Below are positions 1 to 12,485 of a DNA stretch of 64,000 bases, one piece after another. The stretch's first letter is position 1, and each line of letters begins with the position of its first letter. The DNA comes from Octopus vulgaris (taxonomy: Eukaryota): NCBI GenBank assembly GCA_951406725.2, contig OX597819.1, forward strand, positions 118,730,001-118,794,000. Direction: 5' to 3'. The translations under genes and the position numbers were made by a program. A model generated the notes under the pieces. That model was not told where the DNA came from, did not search any database, and saw only the letters and a program-made list of their open reading frames with translations.

Positions 1-47
1 TATTATGATTATTATTATTATTATTATTATAATTATTATTATTATTA

Positions 48-96
<49 letters not shown>

Positions 97-107
97 TATT
101 ATTATTA

Positions 108-147
<40 letters not shown>

Positions 148-161
148 TATTATTATTATCA

Positions 162-192
<31 letters not shown>

Positions 193-209
193 CATTATTA
201 TTATTATTA

Positions 210-255
<46 letters not shown>

Positions 256-275
256 TATTACTATTATTATTATTA

Positions 276-321
<46 letters not shown>

Positions 322-375
322 TATTATTATTATCATCATTATTATTATTATTATTATAATTATTATTATTATTAT
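1..375. repeat. (TAT)n/(ATT)n trinucleotide microsatellite
   Basis: Nearly pure ATT repeat with occasional ATC/ACT units; source of the spurious poly-Ile ORF. Confidence 0.97.
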
Positions 376-614
376 ATGTCACTATCAATGTTGTTACTCA
401 ATGATTAAATATTAGTGGAGAAATAAATTGAAACACGAAACTGTTTCGTAATAACATTATAAACGGGATTTACAATCATATATCTTATTAGCAATAACAA
501 TAATAGTAATAAGAAGAAGAATATCGTTATTATTAATAATGATATAATGATAATAATAATAAGTTAAGTTCAGAAGCCATGAGAGCCGCTGTCTGCTACT
601 GCATCACGGTATTT

Positions 615-733
615 ATAATAATAATAATAATAAGAAGAAGAAGAAGAAGAAGAAGATGAAGAAGAAGGAGAAGGAGAAGAAGAAGAGGAAGAAGAAGAAA
701 GAAGAAGAAGAAGAAGAAGAAAAAGAAGAAGAA
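615..733. repeat. (TAA)n followed by (GAA)n simple repeat
   Basis: Direct reading of the sequence. Confidence 0.9.
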
Positions 734-749
734 TCACATTCACACACGC

Positions 750-2040
750 ATCTCACGTAACAATGATGCCAGATGCAGAGGAAATCAGGGCATTTTGGAA
801 AGGTATCTGGGACCAACCTGCAGAATATCATGATAAAGCGGAATGTCTAGATGAAATACAAGTTAGGTTAAGAAATATAGAACGGCAAGTAAATATAAAG
901 ATAACTATAGAAATGATAAAAAAGCAGTTCAACAATGCCCAAATTGGAAAAAGTCGATGGGCTCCAAGGTGATTGGCTGAAAAAGCTGAGAGGGCTCCAT
1001 GAAAAGTTAGCGCAACGGTTAGATAAAGCGGCGAGCTGGCAGAAACGTTAGCACGCCGGGCGAAATGCTTGGCGGTATTTCGTCTGCGTTACGTTGTGAG
1101 TTCAAATTCCGCCGAGGTCGACTTTGCCTTTCATTCTTTCGGGGTCGATAAATTAAGTACCAGTTACGCACTGGAGTCGATGTAATCGACTTAATACCTA
1201 TGTCTGTCCTTGTTTCTTCGCTCTGTGTTTAGCCCCTTGTGGGTAATAAAGAAATAGGTTAGATAAGTGATTGCAGAAAGGTGCAGTACTCAACTGCATG
1301 ACAAAGGGAAATATATTGTTGTGTGACAAGGATACTGAATAGGGAAACGTTGCATCCAACATAACGTGTCTTCCGCCAGTATGGAAACTAATGTCAGGTA
1401 CGTTAGCTGGTGAACTGAATAGATACCTGGCAAAACGTGGGCTGCTACCTCTTGAACAGAAATGGTGACGAAATAGGAGTCGGGGGACGAAGGATCAGAT
1501 TTTAATTGATAATCTAATTATCAGGAACTGCAAGAGAAGACACACAAACCTGAGCTTGGCATGGGCTGATTATTGTGAAGCATACGATATGATATAACAC
1601 TCCTGGATGATAAGAACAATGGGAATGCATGGAGTAGCAGAAAATGTTAGAAGCTCTGTATGGAATAGCATGAAACACTATTGAATGGAATTGACAGCAA
1701 AGAATCAAATATTCGGAGAGGTGAAAATCAATAAAGGTATTTTCCAGGAAGACAGTGTGTCCCCAATGATCTCCGAGGTGGGTATGATCCCCTTAAGTGA
1801 AATACTACACAAAAAAGTTGGGGTATGATTGGGAAAGCGGTAAGGAAAAACTGAACCACTTGCTATTCGTGGACGACCTCAAGCTACTCACAAAAACTGA
1901 GGCAGAACTGAACTGCCTAGTCCAGTCTGTGTTCATTTTCTCCAATGATATTAAGAGGAAGTTTGGATTACCAAAATGTGAAACGATTGTGATGACACGA
2001 GGTAAGCTTTTCACAACAGAAGGCCTATGGTTGTCAATAG
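750..2040 (+). mobile_element. Decayed Dong/R4-like non-LTR retrotransposon RT region, interrupted by a SINE
   Basis: ORF fragments FWKGIWDQPAEY and KLNHLLFVDDLKL...FSNDI..KFGL.KC, plus GIFQ.DSVSP read at about 1736-1765; typical of R4/Dong RT. Many stops and frameshifts. Confidence 0.75.
1027..1256 (+). mobile_element. tRNA-derived SINE family A, full monomer with TSD
   Basis: A-box-like TGGCAGAAACGTTAG, B-box GAGTTCAAATTCC, body CGACTTTGCCTTTCAT; 10-bp direct repeat GGTTAGATAA at 1017-1026 and 1257-1266; six other copies in the window. Confidence 0.9.
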
Positions 2041-2169
2041 CGAGGCCATTGCCATCTAGTGAACGATATTTCTACATCACGTCTGTCTTCGACCGTTTCA
2101 AAAGGTAAACGTGTCAATCTTCATGAAGCGTAAGGGATTAAAGGAACGAAGCTTCAGCTAAAGAAGATA

Positions 2170-2965
2170 CTATAAGGGAAATAATTATAGACAACCCCAG
2201 GGCTAATGAAAATGCAATAATGAATGACAGACTTAATGTGCCTGATAAGCAAAGTCAAATAATCTCTGAACCAACCATAAACACCAAACCGAATGAGAAT
2301 CAAATAGATTAAGAAAGACACACAGAAAGTGACCCTACAGAGCTACATTATCTTAAAAACTCAAATCATGATTGAATGGCTGAAAAGTAAAGAAACCACT
2401 ATGAATGAACGCGACACTCCCCAAAATTAGCATTTCTAACCAAAACCTGAAATTAATTGGTAAAGTCCGCTTGCAATTAAGGATATAATTTGAGCTAATG
2501 ATGTTGACATTACAAATGTCAACCATCTGTACTATGCATCAGGGGGGACACGACAACATTCCCAAGAAAGTCCTTCTTGGTACGAGCGTATTCAACACCA
2601 AATTCAGGTACGTAGGTCTCACATAGAATGTTTAAAATGATAGCAAAAAGTGGCTAATTGCTACCTACCTCTGATACTAGGGAACCCCAAATTTGCAGAA
2701 ATTAAAAGGATAATGGTCTTGGGAAATGCCCACATCCTACGTAATGTTTTTTTCTGTGTAATCTCAAATTTTAAACAAAATCATAATTTTTTAATAGATT
2801 CTTAAACATTCTCTAGAACAATACTATATACAAAACCAAATATCTGACACCCGAGGTATAACACCAACAGGAACTTCAAATTTGTTGTCTCATGAGGTCT
2901 CTGGGTGAAACTTCGAGCCAACTTGTACAAATAAAATGCAAAAGGCAAACATATATTAATAATAT
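2170..2965 (+). mobile_element. Second Dong/R4-like element, internally deleted (N-terminal piece joined to C-terminus and 3' UTR)
   Basis: By-eye translations DITNVNHLYYAS and PSWYERIQHQI (N-terminal region), then IMVLGNAHILRNV (R4/Dong C-terminal LLGTA.ILR motif); ends in TAATAATA. Confidence 0.55.
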
Positions 2966-3533
2966 CTATGCTGCTGCTACAAACGGTGATGATGATTATG
3001 ATGGTGATGGTGATGCTGCTGCTGCTGCTGATGATGATGGTAATTATATGTGTGCTTGAGCGTATTTTGCGTGCATATAAATATTATTGCATACGTAATA
3101 TACCTATTCATTCACCATATTGAGCAGGTATTTATAAATGGACCCTACTAATAGCTGGGAAAGCTTCGCTATTACATGTAGGTTTATCTGCAGCAGAAAG
3201 GCAGAAAGCTCTCACAGATATATGTACTTCAAAGTAACAATTAATGGCCCCGTGTATATATAATCAGTTGTGAATCTCACAGAAATATCAATGAATCTAT
3301 GGATTATTGTCGTTTGAGATATTGCTGAGTACTATCTATCCAAAACAATTTTTTATGCTACAGCTAGTAATTACTTCTCTTTATTACTTATCATAAAATT
3401 TCCTGCCATGTCCTTTTATCTAATATATCATTCTGAGAAATCTCTCAAATATGCGAGTATCGCAGTGTCGCAATCGAAAGCATAAGGTACCCTTCCTGAA
3501 GTAATACGGATACATTACATAATAATATGAATG

Positions 3534-4238
3534 TATTGAGTTGTACGGAAAGTTCGTGCCGATTTTTAAAGGAAAGAAAAAGGTCAATAAATACTTGCCA
3601 TTACATTTTTAATCAACCAAATATGAACCATTTTGTTGCACAATGCGTCTCACGCTTTCCTTTAACTTGAAAATACCCTCTTCTCAGAATTGAGGTGGTT
3701 TCATGGCAAAGAATTCATCAAGGTATCTTTTTACGTCGTCCAAGGAATTGAAATTATTACCATTAAGACTAGTTTGCAGAGACCTGAATAAGTGGAAATC
3801 CGAAGGAGCAATATCTGGTGAATATGGAGGGTTGGGTAACACATCCCAGCCGCGCTGCAGCAATTTTTGTCCGGTTCTCAAAGTATCAAGTGCCGAAAAT
3901 GAACTTTCTTATCTTCCATCTTAAAGGGTTAAATAATTAACACAGGTGATAGGAACATAAACCTTCTTCCACGAAAAGAGGGCTTAAACTGTGCTCTAAA
4001 TGGAGGTGTAGTCAAATACTATTTTATGGACTCAACCATGTTCTAAAATAAGTCGAAAAGTCAGCTATTGAAATGAATCGAACGGCTTTTGTGTGTTTCT
4101 TAAATGGCTTACAAACACCTTCCACGCTGCAATTGTGTTCGTTTCAGAACACGATCTCAGATCAAATCACTTGCTATGCGAGTACATCTCCGTAATCAGC
4201 TATTATAAATCGGCAAGATCTTCCCGGACAATCCAATA
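3534..4238 (-). mobile_element. Internally deleted mariner (Tc1/mariner) element, about 700 bp, with both TIRs
   Basis: TIRs TATTGAGTTGTACGGAAAGTTCGTGCCGATTT (3534) and reverse complement TATTGGATTGTCCGGGAAGATCTTGCCGATTT (ends 4238), TA flanks. Transposase N-terminus MEDKKVHFRH (about 3890-3919) joined to GWDVLPNPPYSPDIAPSDFHLFRSL. Confidence 0.92.
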
Positions 4239-4696
4239 AATACACACGTGTTATTTTATACTCATTGGAAAAATAAGCTTTACGCTTCAACAACGTTACA
4301 TAACATATCAAGTGTAATCTACGAAGTATACAAATGCTATGAAATAATATTTGAAGCACACGCGGTACATTATTTAAATATTAAAAACGTATGTGAAGAG
4401 CAATACTGATGGTAATTAATAAGAATGCTACAATATATTAGAGTTGGATAACTGCTGTGTTATACGCCGTCATGCAAAACAAATTACTACGAGATAAAGG
4501 AATATTTGCTTTGATATGACGTTTCCGCATCGTCATTCTCTTAGAAGTGAATAGCGTATGGAAAGTCGTTGTAATTTGCGACAGCCCCTATTTTTGTGGA
4601 AGTCAATGTACTCATAACTCAATGTATTCATAAATAACTCAATGTATAAGTAACTCAATGTATTCATAAATGCATATACATTGTGGAACTCAATGT

Positions 4697-4944
4697 CGAG
4701 GGATCGCGGGTTCGAATCTCGGACCGGGTAATGTGTGTGTTTATGAGCGAAACACTGAAGCTCAACGTGGCTCCGGCACAGGGTAATGGCGAACTTCTGC
4801 TGACTCTTTTGCCTCAACTTTCTTTCACTCTTTCCTCCTGCACCTTGCAGCTCAACTGCGACGGACCAGGTGGGGAACCTATACGCCTAGGAAACCGGGA
4901 AACCGGCCCTTATGAGCCAACTATGACTCGAGACGGAAAAAACA
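4697..4944 (+). mobile_element. 5'-truncated tRNA-derived SINE family C
   Basis: B-box GGTTCGAATCTC; head matches the copy at 37000-37122; flanked by AACTCAATGT at 4687-4696 and 4945-4954. Confidence 0.75.
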
Positions 4945-6108
4945 AACTCAATGTACCATCTGGCCCTATTGTAGTCTTTACGTAAGTTTCTCCACCAACG
5001 AAATATTGCTGAACGTATTTTCCCAGAGACAATCTATTTGTCCTAGACTTTTTAATGGCAGAAATGGAGGAGAGTGAACTTCTATATTTTACATATTAGC
5101 GGCAGAGCATGTACTAATAGCGAGATGCAATGTTTGTCCTCACTTAATCATGGATGTTTCATATGGACGAAATTTACTGCGGCAGTTACTATGAGAGAAC
5201 GTCTCGTATTACCATATGTTTTTCCTTTTGGGAGCGAATCTTCACACCAGCGCCTGTGCTGGCAATGTCATATTAAAAATCGCTGGCGGGTAGATGAATC
5301 ACTGCTGTTTCTAGCAGTCGACTGTCAATCAGTGACAACACCAAACATGGCCGTAATAACGTGATCAGTTCGTCTCTGCGGTAGAAGTAGTGGGGATTTG
5401 TCTCCGAGTGAGCGATACTAGGAATAGTGTATTTCGCAACAAAATGTCAGCATGAGATTTTCTCGGATAGTATTTACCACAGTATAGTTTGTTGCAATAC
5501 AAAATTCACTTTGAAGTGGGGATGAATATTACATCTATATTTTTTCTCGCGTTACTGCCTTGTATAATCTTCTCACTAACAAAATTTCTCTAAGTTCCTC
5601 TGACTATTGAACTGCAAAGTTTCTTCCTCAAACCTACCGTATTGAATATAGTTGCAATATTTTACAACAGATTTTGTAGAATTATTGTCGGTGGGAAGTC
5701 TGTATTAATCGTGGATGCTGTCTGCTGATATAATTTGCAGAACACTATTCATATTTGTGATTATCAATTCTTCCAATGACTTGCTACGTTATCCAAAGCT
5801 TTCAAATATTCTTTGAATATACGTTTGTTTTCTTAATCATTTTAAAGTTTTTTAACATTTTCGAATTTTTAAGAAAATATGTCTCGAATTCATATATGGG
5901 AATTTAAATATTTAACCGAAACAAATGGGGTTATGTCCAAAGCGAAGTTGTAATCCATTTTAGCATTATCACAAAGATAATTTATTTTAAAAAGATGGAT
6001 AAGGGCTCGATTAAAAAAAGCAATAGTTTACTGGAATTTTTTTATTCGTAATATGTATTTGAAAAGCAGCAGCCGTCACAAGATATAATATCTCTGTTTT
6101 ATAGAAGA

Positions 6109-6499
6109 CTAGCAGTATCGCCCGGCGTTGCTCAGGTTTGTAAGGGAAATAACTATAAAGCATTTTTAGAGAGTTATATCCAAAAAATAGCAAAAAAATG
6201 GGAAAAAAATGATGGTAAATTTTTTTGAGAGTTAAAAAAGGTGGAGTTGCGTCCCCTAGACGGTCTGTGGTCTGGGTTTCTGATTCTCGACTCCATTCTC
6301 GACTTCTGAATTTATCGATTTTTTTCAGAACTGGGGGAACTTTTCAAAATTTTCGCTGCGTTAGTTTTGAATTATGACATTGGGCTATGTGTGTGTCAAG
6401 TTTCATCAGAATCAGTTGAAAGCCGTGGTCAGAGTGAGGGTACGAGAAAACAGACACACAGAAAACGCACAGACAAACTGCCGTTTATATAGAGAGAGA
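6109..6499 (-). mobile_element. Non-autonomous Helitron-like element
   Basis: On the minus strand: 5' TC, subterminal hairpin CC(T)GAGCAACGCCGGG, 3' CTAG, inserted between A and T; 3' end matches copies at 39227-39967. Confidence 0.75.
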
Positions 6500-7207
6500 T
6501 TATATTACCACACATAACGTGACATATTTGAAGTTATTTTCGGAGATAAGTGTTGCTACCTTACAAACAATGTCGTAGGAATAAGATCCGATACTCTTAA
6601 TATATCGTATTTAGTAGAAAATGCAAATTCCTAAATAGGATACGTTGTATGTTAGCTGTGCGGATATATTCATACATTTGTAGTCTACGTTCTGGATTGA
6701 TTCCCAGAGAGATATTTTACTCGGGAAAGGCAAGATTGGATTTGATATGATTTATGCCTTCTAAATGGATTATTTAGTGGATTTTAAATGTACGTTTATA
6801 AACGACGTGAGGCAGATTTAGAAAGCAACTCTTTTGTCTGGTTAAGTAGACATCTTTTGGTAATTAACATGGCGCGGGTGTATGTTAGATCCATTATTCA
6901 TTATTACTCTCTAGAAGAGAACTGTTTTGGCGGTTGTAGCATCGGAGTCACTGCAGCTATTGCTCATAAAGGAATGTGTTTCCATATGAAGAGAGAGAGA
7001 GAGAGAGAGAGAGAAGGAGAGAGAAATATAGAAAAACACAGGGAGAAAGAAAGAAAGAAAGGAACTGACTGAGTAACGGACAAAGAATATTATTGTGTAA
7101 ACTGGTACTTTCAGATAAGTAGATTCATATATTTAGAAACGCTGCTACATATTCAAAACACCCACCCACAAACAGATACACATATGTATGTACATATGTA
7201 TATACGT

Positions 7208-7288
<81 letters not shown>

Positions 7289-7292
<4 letters not shown>

Positions 7293-7460
7293 ATACTTAA
7301 TACTTTGGGATTTAAGCCCCAAAATGTATTTGTTTAGTCCTGTAGAGTTAATTAGGTTTTCATTTTTAAATGAATGCATATGCTGTGCAATTCTTAATTT
7401 TATTTTAGAGGACGTGGACCCTATATATATTGCGTTTAAGTTATTATTATTCATATCGTG
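7289..7460 (-). pseudogene. GIY-YIG endonuclease fragment of a Penelope-like element between (TA)n tracts
   Basis: Translation IYIGSTSSKIKLRIAQHMHSFKNENLINSTGLNKYI (YIG..T...K.R...H..SF motif of PLE endonucleases). Confidence 0.75.
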
Positions 7461-7470
7461 TAAATGTACA

Positions 7471-7514
<44 letters not shown>

Positions 7515-8246
7515 TGTACATTTAAAAACGTAAGAGGCATCCATCAAAGGACTATTTGCACGCTAGAGGGAACAGTTAAATTCCAAACCACTATTAGTGA
7601 TAAAATTTCGAAGGGAATGGTGTTTGTATGTATGTATCTATGTATATAGCATACGTACGAACATACGAACCACTCTTAGCTCTGAGGAATGTATTATTAA
7701 AATTTTCTATTTCCTTTGCATGTGATAAGAAGCAATCACGTCATATATGTTATGGGCTTTTTGTTTAGAATATCAGCATGGGGATTAATGATATGCTCTT
7801 AAAGAAGCTCATGTTTGTATTTCCATTTGATATGAAATTTTTCTGAAACTTCATGTTCTCTCCTCCATGCAATAGCTGCTTAAAAATTAATTTGTATTGC
7901 AATCCCTTCCCACTCAATAACACTACAAGAATTTAAAGATTTTCAGGTGATATCTATTTTGATTTTTGATTGCGTGTTTCAGTTTGTCAAGCATTAGTTT
8001 GCTCATTGTCTTTTTGTTTCAATCAACGCCATTAATAGCAAAATATAAAACAAGATAAAAGAAAAACAAATGACACATTTCTCTAGGGTAGGTTGAATAA
8101 CCGACAAGTATAAGGTGGCTCACTCATTTGTTTGTCTCATCATACTGTCCAAAATCTTAGATATGTTTCTGAAAAGGATTTGTTATTCTTTATATTCAGA
8201 TGAAAATAGCTTAATAAATAACCTCAGGAAAATTTTGTAATAACTT

Positions 8247-8341
8247 ACAGTTTATCAAGTGCTATACACTTTATCCAGTGCTTCACAGTTTATGAAATGC
8301 TACATGGTTTATCAAGTGCTATATGATTTATGAAATGCGAC
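8247..8341. repeat. 19-bp minisatellite, about 5 diverged units (ACAGTTTATCAAGTGCTAT)
   Basis: Five adjacent units sharing TTTAT(C/G)(A/C)A(G/A)TGC. Confidence 0.8.
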
Positions 8342-8710
8342 AGAGTGAGGTACTTCTTTCATATGAAGTAAGTATTGGCCGTAGTTCGGGAAAATCAGGC
8401 TGAGCGAATACAATAGAACCCCTCCAGTCACATAATACCAACACTCAAGTAGGAGAACAGAACGTTTTGTAATGGATATTTTTAATAATCTCATTCATGA
8501 TTGGTAGGGTGTGTGCTACAGAGATAACGTTCTTTAATAAAGTAGCATATCGTCATATATGTTAGTAATTTCTACATTATTATTCTTTTTAATACAAAGT
8601 ACATGGAAAATATTGGAGGTCAATACTTGCCCATTGAATGACACATAATTAGCGTGAAAATACACCCGAATTATACCATCCTTGTAGGCCCACATATTGA
8701 TCAATTTCCA

Positions 8711-8907
8711 TTTGTTTCAGTCATTTGACTGCGGTTATGCAGGGGCACAGCATTGTAGGTTTTTCGTCTAAGAGTTTGAAAATCTTGCACGTATGCTGTT
8801 GGTCAGTATTGCTGCGCAAATATGTTACGGGGGCATAAAGAAACCAATGGCAATTGTCAAACAGTAGGTTACTTACACAAAGACTCACAAGCACTCACAC
8901 AGAAAAC

Positions 8908-8957
<50 letters not shown>

Positions 8958-8964
8958 GTGTGTG

Positions 8965-9003
<39 letters not shown>

Positions 9004-9515
9004 AAGAAGGGTAGTAATATTATTTACTACCAGGTGCCCAGCACAAAAGACGAATTAGTCATAAGACAAAAATATTATTCATATAGAAAAATATTATTCA
9101 TGTAGTTATATAATTAAGGGCTCCTAAATTAAGATGCCGAGTGCTGGGAACACAAAAAGGGGATGAATTTATCGAGAGTGAAAATCAAAAACGTTTACCG
9201 ATAACTTTAACAACTCGAACCGCACGGTTTCTGCTTCTTTCTAGCAAAACACAGAATATGTTTGCTAAGGCTGGCTTCGTCAGCGAGTCGCCTAAATTGA
9301 ATCGAGGTCTGCAGCGATGTGGGACCATGTGTTGATCTCGACTATATATGTGTGTTTGTTTCTATGTTTGTGTGAGCGCATGTGTAAAAATCACTCATAA
9401 ACTCAGGTCTACCCGTGTTTATAGTATAGGACACTTCCAAGATGCTAAGTAATGGGACTGGACACGAGAGCCTGTGCTTGCAAAACGGGTTTCCGAAACA
9501 CACAGTCATACATAC
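8711..9515 (-). mobile_element. Old SINE family B copy split by an insertion into its internal (TA)n tract
   Basis: 3' half (TTGTTTCAGTCATTTGACTGCGG...) at 8711-8910; degenerate tRNA-derived 5' half at about 9385-9515; a hammerhead module lies between them. Confidence 0.6.
9210..9291 (-). ncRNA. Type I hammerhead ribozyme in a PLE pLTR-like module (module about 9001-9345)
   Basis: Minus strand: GCGACUCG-CUGACGA-long stem II (UAGCAAACA/UGUUUUGCUA)-GAAAC-CGUGCG-GUU-CGAGUUGU; 8-bp stem I including G-U pairs, intact core. Confidence 0.8.
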
Positions 9516-10479
9516 ACCGACGTAATAGAATTTCAAACGTAATTTTCATAAAGTATAACTATTCTTGCTTTTAAAAAGGTTTTTACCTTTATAACATTGT
9601 GTAAAAGAAATACGCCTACTAGGTTTTCAGAATATGAAACTGCTGCATGAAAATGAAATCTGCTTCGAATCTGAACTATATATGAACTAAAGTGACGAGT
9701 ATATAATGTACGTGTGTGGGGAAGGTGTATATATATGTATGTGTGTGTGGTGTGCTTGCGTGTGTTTGTGTTTGTGCGGATGTGTATGAATGTAAGTATA
9801 TATCTATGTACGTACACATAACATATTTTTTCATTTGAAAAACCTTAGTTTAGCGTAGAAAAATGTACATAATGTAAATTAAATAAAATGTATTTTTCTT
9901 GTTATTTCAATACATATTCACCTCGTTTTTCGAGAAGAATCTGATGACAGATAAAAATAGTATCTCAAAGCAAGATGTTAATAATTCATTAAAAAATAAT
10001 TAAATTAAAGTTGGTTTCAATGGTTTCCGAATTGTCTATGAAAGTCGATATAGAAAGAGATAGAGAAAAAATGTGTATGTCTATGTCAAAGTAAAAGAAT
10101 TTTCGAGGATAGGAAAGAAAGAGAGAAAAAAACGAACAAAGAAATCAACGAATGAACAAACAAAGACATGAGAACGAACAATATTGGTGTGAAAAAAATA
10201 ATTATGAGAAAAATAATGAAAAACTAATATTGAAAGAAACCGCTTGGGATTTCAAATCCGAATTAAATGATGTGTGTATAATCGGAAGGAGACTTAGAGA
10301 TTGAGATAAAGAATTGCAATATAAAAATTTAAGGAGGAAAAAAAGAAATACAATGCATGTAACTTAATATCAAATTACTAAAATCGGAAAACTGTTACAA
10401 TGAGTATAAACATTCTGACGTGAGGTGACAGAATATTTTGAGTATTAAAGTAAATACTATCATATCTAATACGTTATTT

Positions 10480-10816
10480 TCTACTGGAGGCCCAGAGCAC
10501 AAAATGTCTCGGAAGAGGGCCAGTCGATTAGATCGAAATGATTAAAGGCACGTTTGAATTCAGAACTTAAAAACAGACGAAATACCTATTTCTTTACTAC
10601 CAACAAGGGGCTAAACACAGAGAGGACAAACAAGGACAGACAAACGGATTAAGTTGATTATATCGACCCCAGTGCGTAACTGATACTCAATTTATCGACC
10701 CCGAAAGTATGAAAGGCAAAGTCGACCTCGGCGGAATTTAAACGCAGAACGTAACGGCAGACGAAATACGGCTACGCATTTCGCCCTGTTTGCTGACATA
10801 GCTGCCAGCTCGCCGC
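10480..10816 (-). mobile_element. SINE family A, long form with partial second unit
   Basis: Reverse complement of the family A head at 10801-10816; after GTAAAGAAATAGG the body restarts at TATTTCGTCTG. Confidence 0.8.
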
Positions 10817-11394
10817 ATTAACATCTCTAATATGCTATGGGATAAATATCTCCTGAGCTGTTCCTCCTTTAAGGATTTATAAGATAATATGAAATACACT
10901 GTGTTTATTTCCACTGTAAATCGCTTTCCCAGAACAGAGACTTCTGATTTTGCGCTAATTTCAAAACTGAATAAGTTACTGATTATGTAGTAGCATCCCT
11001 GCATTCATGTATGTAATGATTTCAGATGTCACTTTCGGAAGTTGATGTTTGATACTGTGAAGAGTAATAATATTTGTATAGTTATCTAGAGCTTTATTTT
11101 GTAGGGTGACACTTAGATTACTGTCAGTCTTACTAATCAAGGGCACACTTACCTCAATCTGATACCTTCAATTATCCGCAGCAATATATTTCCGGATCGT
11201 ACTGGGTAGAAATACACTTGTCAGTATGGGAAAAATAATCGTGCGAGTGAAGCATAAAACCGTGAAAGAAAGGAAAAAATAAGATGAAGCGTGGAATATG
11301 CTCATCAGTGTAATAAGATGTTACGTAGGTTCAGTGTATGAAATAATTTATACAATTACTGAACAAGCGCCGCACTTATATTTATATGTACATA

Positions 11395-11563
11395 TATACG
11401 ACGGGCTTCTTTCAGTTTCCGTCTACCAAATCTACTCACAGGAATTTGGTCGGCCCGAGGCTATTGTAGAAGGCGCTAGCCCACGGTGCCACGCAGCGGG
11501 ACTGAACCCGGAACCATGTGGTTCGTAAGCAAGCTACTTACCACACAGCCAATTCTACGCCTA
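11395..11563 (-). mobile_element. SINE family B, 5' (tRNA-derived) half
   Basis: Reverse complement of GGCTGTGTGGTAAGTAGCTTGCTTAC...GGTTCAGTCCC...GGTAGACGGAAACTGAAAGAAGCCCGTCG. Confidence 0.88.
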
Positions 11564-12451
11564 TTTGTTAATTTATTGACTGAAGATTTTCTCTTGATAT
11601 CAACAAAGACGTTTCACAGTTTTCAAAGATCAGTTAGGATAACACGAAAAGTAAAAGGCTGAAATGCCGAACAGATAGGATCTGACAACATTTAGACTTA
11701 TAGGAATGAAAGGGAGACAAATGATTGTCACGTGGCCACCTCTCTCATGCTTCCATTTTTGGTAACCTAAAAGTTTACAATCATAAACATTTTAGCACAT
11801 AATTAATGCCATTATAAAAGTGAAATTTATGAGACTATACTGCATCCGAATTTAGGAGGTTTAATCCAAACTATATTAATACAAATGTTCGATACATTCT
11901 TGATATCACTATTTCCACTGTGATAGATCAAGTGAATATAGTTCATTGTACAAATATTATTCCCTTTTACAAAATTCGAATACATCATATTTCTCTATAT
12001 ACTTATTTGCGTTAACTTATTTATTGGTGGAATATCTTAGAAGTTAAACGAGTAATACTAATGAGTTATGCACAAATTTTAACTTCATTTATATTCAATT
12101 TACCTCATGCAGACATTTAGACTGATAAACTGTCATGTGAATTGCATCAATGAATCATATAACTCGACAGAAAGCTGGAATTATAACATTGGGAATCGTA
12201 TGAATAAATTATGAATTATATGATGAGAGCGCATGATATGCGACGCACACAAATGATCTTTAAACTAATCTGTTTCGATACGGTAAACATAAATAGATAA
12301 AAATACTCTTGAATGATATTCGGATAATAATTGAGTTTTCCATTGAGATTTTGGAAGAAATTTATTATTTGTTTATTATTAGCTTTGTCGTCAGTGACAA
12401 TTAGGCTTCTGGTTTTGTATAATTGAAAGAGAGAATATAAAGTAATAAAAA

Positions 12452-12485
<34 letters not shown>

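Noticed and set aside
5-415. Poly-Ile ORF and the many YIYI/CVCV/THTH ORFs throughout the window
   Set aside because: These are translations of microsatellites, not genes.
1027-1115. tRNA-like A/B boxes here and in the other SINE heads
   Set aside because: No complete cloverleaf, and they are always attached to SINE bodies; not tRNA genes.
4594-4700. Short repeats with variable spacers (CRISPR-like look), also 8247-8341
   Set aside because: Repeats are too short and irregular, the context is eukaryotic, and there are no cas genes.
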